Assembly (NCBI GenBank): GCA_964016885.1
Contig: OZ024761.1
Location: forward strand, 6,262,001-6,326,000
DNA: 64,000 bases
From: Eledone cirrhosa
Taxonomy: Eukaryota
Direction: 5' to 3'
Positions 54,580 through 64,000 of the stretch are shown here, in pieces (the stretch's first letter is position 1; every line of letters starts with the position of its first letter). The notes beneath the pieces are model-generated. The model saw only the letters and a list, made by a program, of their open reading frames with translations. It was not told where the DNA came from and did not search any database. The position numbers and the translations under genes are program-made.

Positions 54580-55130
54580 TGCAAGAATTACAGGAGATGG
54601 TGCAGCAATGTGCCAGCTTCAACATTCAGTTATCGGAAGAAGGTGTGTAAGCCAAACTTGCTATCTTCAATTTAGTTTTCATGCCAACCCTTACCTATGG
54701 TCATGAATCTTTAGTAATGGCCGAAAGAATACGATCATGGATATAAGCGGCCGACACGAGGTTTCTCCGAAAATTCTTTGGAGTAATGTTACTCGATAAA
54801 GTGCTGAGTTCAGAAATCAGGGAATCATTCCAGGCAGAGCCGCTACTTCTCCAAATTGAGAGATCACAGCTCCGATACTACAGACATGTGGTTAGAAGGT
54901 CTCAGGAAAGAATCGCTGGACAGATTTTAAGGCCAAAACCATCTGGCAGGAGATCCAGGGGTAGACCACGAGTAAGATGGTTGGATAACATCAATGAGCT
55001 TGGCTGGTCACGTTTGGGTATCCGGCTGGATCTGTTGGAGACGGGTGCTTCTGACAGGACCTACTGGAAGGAGGGTTTGAGGATTCTGGCCCCCACGACC
55101 CTTTCAGGAATAATGTGCGAAGAAGAAGAT
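54580..55130 (+). mobile_element. RTE (Expander/Rex3-like) LINE 3' end, with its tail duplicated in inverted orientation at 55143-55225
   Basis: [46 protein letters not shown]; GAAGAAGAAG tail. Confidence 0.85.
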
Positions 55131-55223
55131 ATATATATATATCTTCTTCTTCGCTCATTATTCCTGAAAGGGTCGTGGGGGCCAGAGTCCTCAAACCCTC
55201 CTTCCAGTTGGTCCTGTCAGAAG

Positions 55224-55340
<117 letters not shown>

Positions 55341-55341
55341 G

Positions 55342-55411
<70 letters not shown>

Positions 55412-55413
55412 CA

Positions 55414-55541
<128 letters not shown>

Positions 55542-55579
55542 ATATTAACAAATGGAAACTATATTTATAAAACCATATT

Positions 55580-55645
55580 TATTTCATTATACATATTTCA
55601 AAGACACCAAGTTAAATTATGGTGTGCTTTCATCAGATAAAATAT
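55580..55645 (-). ncRNA. Hammerhead ribozyme (9837 family, different stem II)
   Basis: Minus: TATTTTAT CTGATGA aagc ACACCA taatttaact TGGTGT cttt GAAA TATGTA TA ATGAAATA. Confidence 0.75.
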
Positions 55646-56051
55646 AATATAGAGCAGTTTTATAAATAAATATTGACATACCCATTTGTTAATATCGTAT
55701 TTTTACTCCAATTATTTGTTGAGTGCTTTATATCAGTTATAAAATATTTGCTTGTTGTATCCCAACAATTTAAATAGAACTTCTACATATATATATATAT
55801 AAATATATATATATATGTGGAAGAAGAAGAAGAAGAAAAAGAAGAAGAAGAAGAAGCTCTACTGCTTCTACCAGTTCTGCCAATCTTCCGCTCCTCTCAG
55901 AGAAAGCCAGCAATTGGAAGTAGCAGTAAGTGATTGGTAGTTTATCTTATCCCCCTCCGAAGAATTACCCTCCAACTATTTGCCGCTTTTACCGCCTTTA
56001 AGTGGCAATTTAAAGATTTTGTTTAATTTTGCTCAAGGAAATTGGCAGCAA

Positions 56052-56100
<49 letters not shown>

Positions 56101-56316
56101 TATATATAATCACATATTTTTTTATTTGTTTGACCCGAATTACTTGGTCGTTTCTATGGTTGTGCGGATGACGGTTTAACCATCGTCTCAGTGTGTTTGG
56201 CCTTTAACGTATGTTGTAGCTCTGGTTCGTCAGAATTATTGAGCGCTTACCACACATCTCGGAAGTTGTTTTTCGCTAATTCCAAAGCCGAAATACGATT
56301 CTCGCTAATTTATATT

Positions 56317-56356
<40 letters not shown>

Positions 56357-57064
56357 AGTAAGAAATAACTATAATGCTGTATCATACGTACAAATGCATA
56401 GGTATCTGTGTGTGTGTACCCCCCCCCCCCCCACACACACAGACCCCCCCACACACACACGCACACACGCACACACACACACACATACACACACACATAT
56501 ATATATGTGCGACGAATTGGCAGAGTCGTTAAGACGTCGGATAAAATACTTTACGGGGTTAGCCCCACCTCATTGCACAGTCTGAGTTCAAAACCAGCCG
56601 GGGTCAACTTTGCCTTTCATCCTTTCGAGGTCGATAAAAAAGTACCAGTCCAGTACTGGGGTCGATTCTTCCTCTATAGAAAGAATCAACTGTGTTCAGA
56701 CCTGGAGAGGGTTAGGCTCCACCAGGTTTAAAAGTGCCCTAGACACACCATATGACGGTGCCTCTACAACTCCACAAAGAGTTATGGGATATCTATCCGA
56801 TATTCCTACTATACTAGTATGAAAATGATATATATTTTCATTGTTCTTCGTTGTCTCTTAGTTTTCCGTTTACTTTTCACATATATATATGTGTATATAT
56901 ATATATAAAATCGTAGATATACTATACTTCCCACCTAGATTGATGTTGTGATTATTTCAAATAATGTGTTGCTATCATTGTTAGTATTGTTGTTATTGTT
57001 CTGATTGAATGCCATTACTACTATATATAGTAGCCATGCCTGTATATGCCTTTCATTCTCACAA

Positions 57065-57170
57065 GCTCCGATGAATTGACTGGTTACAACTTTGTATTGG
57101 TGATCGAATAACGTGAAAATAAGCGGATAGCGATCTCTAGACCTACCAGTTTAGAGAAACAATTGTCAGC
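57065..57170 (+). ncRNA. Candidate HHR (CCGAUGA core) with long stem II insertion
   Basis: GCT CCGATGA att GACTGGT ..~60 nt.. ACCAGTT taga GAAA CAATTG TC AGC; related to the 19289 motif. Confidence 0.55.
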
Positions 57171-57470
57171 AATGAGATTAAAAACCTTTTTTGTATAGCA
57201 AACCGTGTCACTCTTCTTTCCTGATTTATATATATATATTGAAGGATAGGTATTTTAAACTTTATTTTATCATGAGTTAATGGTCTATTGATTTTTCCCT
57301 GGATTTCACTAAATTCTGTGGATGAATTTGTATCCTGATTCTCTTTTGAGATGAGTTTGAATTATTTTTCCTACATCTTACGTTAACTATTTTTCCCATC
57401 TTGACGACATAGTCGCATATATGTTATAGAATACTGTTAGCTTCTCGCTAAAACAATTTCTATACCTTTC

Positions 57471-57515
<45 letters not shown>

Positions 57516-58229
57516 AATTTTAGTACAGCATTAACGAAGCTTTAGTTTGCGGCCAAGCTAACGAATGCAAATTCGGTCTGTAGCTTTAGCACTCGAATGG
57601 GGATAGTACCCCACAGTAATAACAATACGTTTAGACAGCTTAGCAAATCAAATATAGCGATCGGCAGTCCAGCCGCATTACCACAGCAACGAAAATACAG
57701 GACTCAGGATAAGATTTTAGACTGACCTCAGACACATACACATATAGATCGTGTTAAAGTGTAGTAAATTGTATTCACCAGTGGTAGGTTAGAGTCGCAG
57801 AAGACTCACATTCAATGTGCCACCTTGTCAGATCGAACCCGGGATCGTACTTCCTAAGAATATGGTTATAATTACTCATATATACACAGTTATCTCCGGT
57901 ATTCGAGGGAGTTGGGTTCCTAGAGCACCCGCGAAGAGTGAAAAACCGCGAATATTAGATGTGGTCGATAAAAATGCCTGTAAACCTCAAAATAAAACGT
58001 AAAATATAATAAAGAGGGAGCGTTTTATGCAAAGGGGCGTCCAATAGGCCGGCAAATACGGAATGTTGTTATTAATAATTTAACGTTGATAAAAATATAT
58101 TGCCATGAAAAAATCCATTAAAAAATCGTGGAAGTTATTTACGATTCCGCGAATATGCCGTGGTTTCTACGAACAATTATTTATTAGGTTCTAAGGAACC
58201 GCGAATGCTGGTGACACACAGTATATCTA

Positions 58230-58512
58230 AAAAGTCTAAAGTCTGCCTTAAGCCAGAAGGCTCATTTGGCCGGTGCTTATCCCGGTTTCATGGCGTGAAG
58301 CGACTGAGAGTACAAGACTCCCCCCTGGACAGGACGCCAGTCCATCGCAGGGTTAAACCTCCAGCTATTGCTGGTACTCATTTTCAGCTGAGTATACTGG
58401 AGCAACGTGAAATGAAGTGACTTGCTCAAGAACACAACACGCAGCCCAGGAATCGAACCCGCGACATTGTGATCGTAAGTCCAACACCCTAACCACTAGG
58501 CCACGTGCCTCC
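58230..58512 (-). mobile_element. tRNA-SINE family B, near full length (partials 61617-61737, 48678-48760, 13934-13957)
   Basis: A-box TGGCCTAGTGG, B-box GGTTCGATTCC, central GTGTTCTTGAGCAAGTCACTT, then TGGACTGGCGTCCTGTCCAGGGG. Confidence 0.85.
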
Positions 58513-58726
58513 AAACATACACACACATATATATATATATATATAGGAACCAGTAAGACCCCGACAGCTGAGCTCAAGCCGTCGAAACGGCTTGAGCTCA
58601 GCTGTCGGGGTCTTACTGGTTCCTATTACCCACTCTACTACCTCAAGTATTGAGTACTTTGGTGCGTTATGGTCCACCTGGTTCCTTACCACATTTCCTT
58701 CGTTATATATATATATATATATATGT

Positions 58727-58765
<39 letters not shown>

Positions 58766-58782
58766 CATACACATACATACAC

Positions 58783-58839
<57 letters not shown>

Positions 58840-58857
58840 CACACACTCACAAACACA

Positions 58858-58929
<72 letters not shown>

Positions 58930-58982
58930 CACACATATATGTATATACATATATATTTATATATGATTACATATATACACCC

Positions 58983-59020
<38 letters not shown>

Positions 59021-59406
59021 GGGTGTATATATATATATATATTATATATATATGAACACCAATTAATTCCAGTGACGAGATGACGTAGTAAGAAGACTGA
59101 TATATTTAAACTGACCAATAGCAATGTTAGCCATGGTAACCAAGACAAAATGTAGGTGGCAGCACATACTCTGGTCCATCCTACATTTGACAGGGGTGGG
59201 GATGATTCTTAAGAAAACATTTCAATATAAAACCAGTATCGATCTTAATCAGATCAATAATTCAACCCTATTCGCTGCTTTCTTAATTATGAAATATATA
59301 GTTTGATATATGTTATATACATGCGTTTTTTGTATGTTTATATATACATATATATATATATATATAAACAACATACATATTATATATATATATATATATA
59401 CATACT

Positions 59407-59489
<83 letters not shown>

Positions 59490-59712
59490 TCATACTTACA
59501 TATATACATATACATACATATATATATACATATATATAAATACATATATATATATACTTATATATATATATGTATACATACATACTTACATATATACATA
59601 TACATACAATATATAGATACATATATATATATATTATATTACTTATATATATATATATGTATACATACATACTTACATATATACATATACATATATATGT
59701 GTGTGTAATGTA

Positions 59713-59744
<32 letters not shown>

Positions 59745-59779
59745 CACATATATATATACATACATACTTACATATATAC

Positions 59780-59842
<63 letters not shown>

Positions 59843-59860
59843 ATGTAGACATACATATTA

Positions 59861-59974
<114 letters not shown>

Positions 59975-60019
59975 GCACACAGGCAAGCTGTTGCTTGGTG
60001 GTAGTTGGACGTTACTGAC

Positions 60020-60292
60020 AATGGTGATGGTGATGATGGTGATGATGGTGGTGGTGGTGATGGTGATGATGGTGGTGGTGGTGATTGGTGATGGTGATGA
60101 CGGTGATGGTGATGATGGTGGTGGTGGTGATGGTGGTGATGGTGATGGTGATGGTGGTGATGATGGTGGTGTTGGTGGTGATGATGATGGTGGTGGTGGT
60201 GGTGATGGTGTTTGGTGATGGTGATGATGGTGATGATGATGGTGGTGGTGGTGGTGATGGTGGTGATGATGGTGATGATGATGGTGGTGATT
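60020..60292. repeat. (GGT/GAT)n trinucleotide repeat
   Basis: Directly visible. Confidence 0.95.
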
Positions 60293-60433
60293 GTTACGTC
60301 TGGTAATTCTACTGCGCGTGAATGTAGCATGCCTCCATATTAAAGATGATGTGTGTATACTCAACTAATGTAATGAGTACGACCTGTGGTTATCCTCGAT
60401 TGAACCCTGGACTCACACTCACACTCACACACA

Positions 60434-60491
<58 letters not shown>

Positions 60492-60599
60492 CATATATAT
60501 ATAACAATCATTTTATGAAGCAACACTGCGGACATGAAAACAAAGACGGTCGAACGCAGGATTTGGACGAACAATTTTGTTGCCATGGGCAACAAATCG

Positions 60600-61125
60600 T
60601 GGAGTTTCCACCCTGATCTTCCTCTTCAAGTGAAACTTGAAAAAGTTATTCAGGGATTGGCCGGAGAGGAAAGTGTCCGTCTTCAACCCTTTCAGCCTTG
60701 TCCACCACACAATCGCTTTCGCCATGGCCACCAGGCAGATGAAAACTGCCTGCCCTTCCTCCTCTTTAAAGTACGATGACGGGGCTATCTGCACAATGGA
60801 CTCAGTCGATAACCGGATCCGTCAACACGCGACAACAGCTGTCCGACATAGCTCCACAAGTCAGCAATCCTCGGGCATTGAATGAGTGCGTGCAGGACGG
60901 TTTCATCGGCCTGCGAGCATCTCGCACAGGTTCGTCTGACGGCACTTCTGTGCCTGTAGAGCTTATCTCGAACCGGTAATGCTCCCCGGTAGCACTGCCA
61001 GGCCAGGCCAGGGATTTCTGGAAGTTGTCAATAGACCCCGGAATAAAAGTTCTCTTAAAGAGAGTGAATAGCTGATCCTCTTCGACGCCCAGGGTCTCCC
61101 CGAGGCCAGCGTCGCTCTACCCCTT
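60600..61125 (-). pseudogene. L1/Tx1-like LINE ORF2 C-terminal fragment
   Basis: KSLAW..RGALPVRDKL..ETVLHALIQCPRIADLW..AMAKAIVWWTR across frames. Confidence 0.65.
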
Positions 61126-61735
61126 AATAATAATAACGATGAGGTTTTAGATTTTCATTACATTCATTGAGGTGTGACGCGCTTCGCAATTGATCAGCAC
61201 AAGGTTCGATCTATATCGATCTGGCCCGACTCTGGAATTAAAACTTCGTCGGACTTATGACAGAATTATTCCCTAGCCTATATATATGTCAACATGAATG
61301 GATCTGTTATTTTTATCTAAAGACATTTTTCCTATTCCAACCCGTCCGTCTCCTCAATCTATCTTATTTCTCAATCTTCTTTTTCTGGTGAAGGACTAGC
61401 GTCCGAAACGTTAAGACTCTCTTCCTGCTATTTCAAGCATTAACCTAATATATCCCTTCCATATACTGTACCGATTGTGTTGTTATTTCTGTTTACCTTT
61501 TACATACATACATATATATATATAGGAGACGATCGACTTTCGTCAAATCGGACCGAGTGTTTCCGTCGGTCTTTCCAATTGCTAGTACTATCTATCGGTC
61601 GCAACTCCAGGTAGAAGGAGCAACGTGAAATAAAGTGTCTTGCTCAAGGACATAACGCCATCACCCGGTCCAGGAATCGAACTCACAACCTTACGATTGC
61701 GAATCCAATTCTCTAACCACTCAGCCACACGCCTT

Positions 61736-61843
<108 letters not shown>

Positions 61844-61937
61844 TTATTCCGGGTTGAATCGGGGGAAACCGCAGTAAGTAAGGTACTCAATACATAGCAG
61901 AGTATAAATGTTTTAATATAGAAAAGCTTCTACAGGA

Positions 61938-61986
<49 letters not shown>

Positions 61987-62089
61987 GAGGAATGAGAATG
62001 AGAATGAGAAAGAGAGAAAGAGAGTGAGAGAGAGAGAGAGTGAGAATGAGAAAGAGAGTGAGAGAGAGAGAGACAGACAGACAGACATA

Positions 62090-62363
62090 TACAGCAGAAC
62101 CTCGGTGCACGAAGAATTTTTCCGATCATAAAACGTCTCGGCTCACGAATGGTGTCTGGAGTAACGAACACGGCACCAAGAGATGGCAACAAGCTGGGAG
62201 TATCGGCGGGAAAGTGTCACATGTTAGTTACTATAGTAACCCTATCAGACTTCCACATAGTCGCTCACAACATTTCTCTTTCAAAATTAGAATAGTTCCG
62301 GCTTTCAAACATTTCGACTGACGAATGGTCGTCGGGAACCAAGTAAGTTCTGCACCGAGGTTC

Positions 62364-62370
<7 letters not shown>
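62090..62370. mobile_element. Tigger/pogo-like MITE
   Basis: TA-CAGCAGAACCTCGGTGCA ... TGCACCGAGGTTCCACT-ATA inverted ends. Confidence 0.75.
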
Positions 62371-62461
<91 letters not shown>

Positions 62462-62496
62462 CGTTTCTGAATTTGTTTAACGTGTGTTGAAACCGA

Positions 62497-62870
62497 TATT
62501 GTTATACTTTGGGAGGGTCATGTTGCCAATAAGAAACACACGCACCAGTTGCTTTCACTTCAATTTATTATAAATTAAATTTATAAATTTAGGAATTTAT
62601 AAATTTCCGGTTGGTTGGTTGGTTGGTTCCACAACCAGATGATTGTTCATATATTGTCAAAGTTCTTTCGTCACACATTCTGTGACCTCTTCAGTGACTT
62701 GGGATTCTTTTCTTCGTTTTTGTGCCTCTCCTTTGTTCTGTCCTACGCCATCTTGTTTTTGTGTGTGTTGTGTGCTTAATTTGCGCATGTGTTACATCCG
62801 GGTGCCTGTGTGTGTTTATATTTGTGTGTTTCTTATTGGCAACATGACCTTCCCAAAGTATAACAATATA
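62497..62870. mobile_element. PLE pLTR-like element with inverted termini and HHR at 62656-62698 (minus)
   Basis: Termini ATATTGTTATACTTTGGGAGGGTCATGTTGCC resemble the 5726/7256 pLTR end; HHR GTCA CTGAAGA g GTCACA..TGTGAC GAAA GAACTT TGAC. Confidence 0.75.
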
Positions 62871-63055
62871 TATATATATATATATGGGATAACAAAATAT
62901 CGTTATAGGTAATCCAGTTAGAGGTTGTGAATACTTCGTATTGTGGATAGTTTTAGCGTACGGCGTTGTTTGACGCAACAAGAGGTTTCCGTAGGTGGCG
63001 AGTTTATGATTTCACTTGTATTCCTATGTAAGTTTATCTTGGAGTAATAAAATTG

Positions 63056-63378
63056 AAAGAGTGAAGAATAAGATGGTCAACAGTACAAAAAAGGGTTTTA
63101 TTTACAGTATTAACAATTGTTTCACTGATTAAGTTGTCTAAAAATTGCTGAATACTTGAAGCTGAGCCACTCAATTTTAAATACGGTGTAAGCTTAACCA
63201 GATCACCAAAAAGGACTTTCTGATTTCTGGTGATCTGGTTAAGCTTACACCGTATTTAAAATTGAGTGGCACAGCTTCAAGTGATTAGCAATTTTTAGAC
63301 AACTTAATCAGTGAAACAATTGTTAAGACTGTAAATAAAAGCCTTTTTTGTATTGTTGACCATCTTATTCTTCACTCT

Positions 63379-63381
<3 letters not shown>
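63056..63381. mobile_element. Inverted pair (~150-bp arms) with degenerate long-stem-II HHR
   Basis: Plus arm: CTGGTGA t CTGGTTAAG..~60 nt..CTTAATCAG t GAAA CAATTG TT (63227-63324); core has A>G. Confidence 0.6.
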
Positions 63382-63447
<66 letters not shown>

Positions 63448-63659
63448 ATTATGTAACAAGACGAAGAAGCACGAATGAAAACGTCTCTCTTACTTATTAT
63501 ATACATTTTACCCATTCTACTCCCCCAGGTATTGAGTACTCTGGTGAGTAATGGTCTAACTGGGTTTTACTGCATCCATTCTCAAAGTATCATTATTGAG
63601 TTTATTCGAGTGTGACGCATGTTTCGCTATCGATCAGCTCAAGGTTCCATCTCTCTCTC

Positions 63660-63695
<36 letters not shown>

Positions 63696-63783
63696 GTGAA
63701 ACAGTTGTATGATTGTAAGATATAGAAGTTAATAAATTAAATTAAGATATATCTGCATTTATCTATATATGTGTGAGTGTGAC

Positions 63784-63846
<63 letters not shown>

Positions 63847-64000
63847 TTGTGTGTGTATACATACATACACACTTATATATATATAGTTAGATAGATAGAT
63901 AGATGGATAGATAGATAGATGTATATATATATATATGAGTGTGTGTGTGTATGTGTGTTAGTGGAGGGGTGTATATATACACACACACATATATATTATA

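Noticed and set aside
58440-58512. tRNA gene
   Set aside because: A/B boxes continue into a SINE body and recur as diverged copies; no full cloverleaf.

Overview
Repeat-saturated, AT-rich eukaryotic DNA. The SINE content and the extreme (TA)n/(CA)n load look cephalopod/Octopus-like (inference). I can support no host gene; almost all listed ORFs are microsatellite or minisatellite read-through. Recognisable protein remnants are all transposons: two Penelope-like elements (PLEs: a near-intact RT+GIY-YIG element at ~19.9-22.8 kb and a 5'-truncated one at 5.7-7.3 kb), several RTE-type LINE pieces, a CR1/L2-like LINE, a Dong/R4 LINE in (TAA)n, an L1/Tx1-like piece, a Chapaev3-like transposase, Tc1/mariner and Tigger-like MITEs, and two tRNA-SINE families. 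The main observation is a dense population of short non-coding elements sitting in (TA)n tracts. They carry type I hammerhead ribozyme (HHR) motifs from about 10 unrelated sequence families, many with palindromic minimal stem III and some with long stem II insertions, and they are very often arranged as inverted pairs. The clearest case is a 310-bp HHR-bearing unit arrayed as 6 copies on one strand and 8 on the other, forming a ~4.3-kb palindrome. This looks like a retrozyme/PLE-pLTR system targeted to (TA)n. All structures were read by eye and ribozyme activity is untested.
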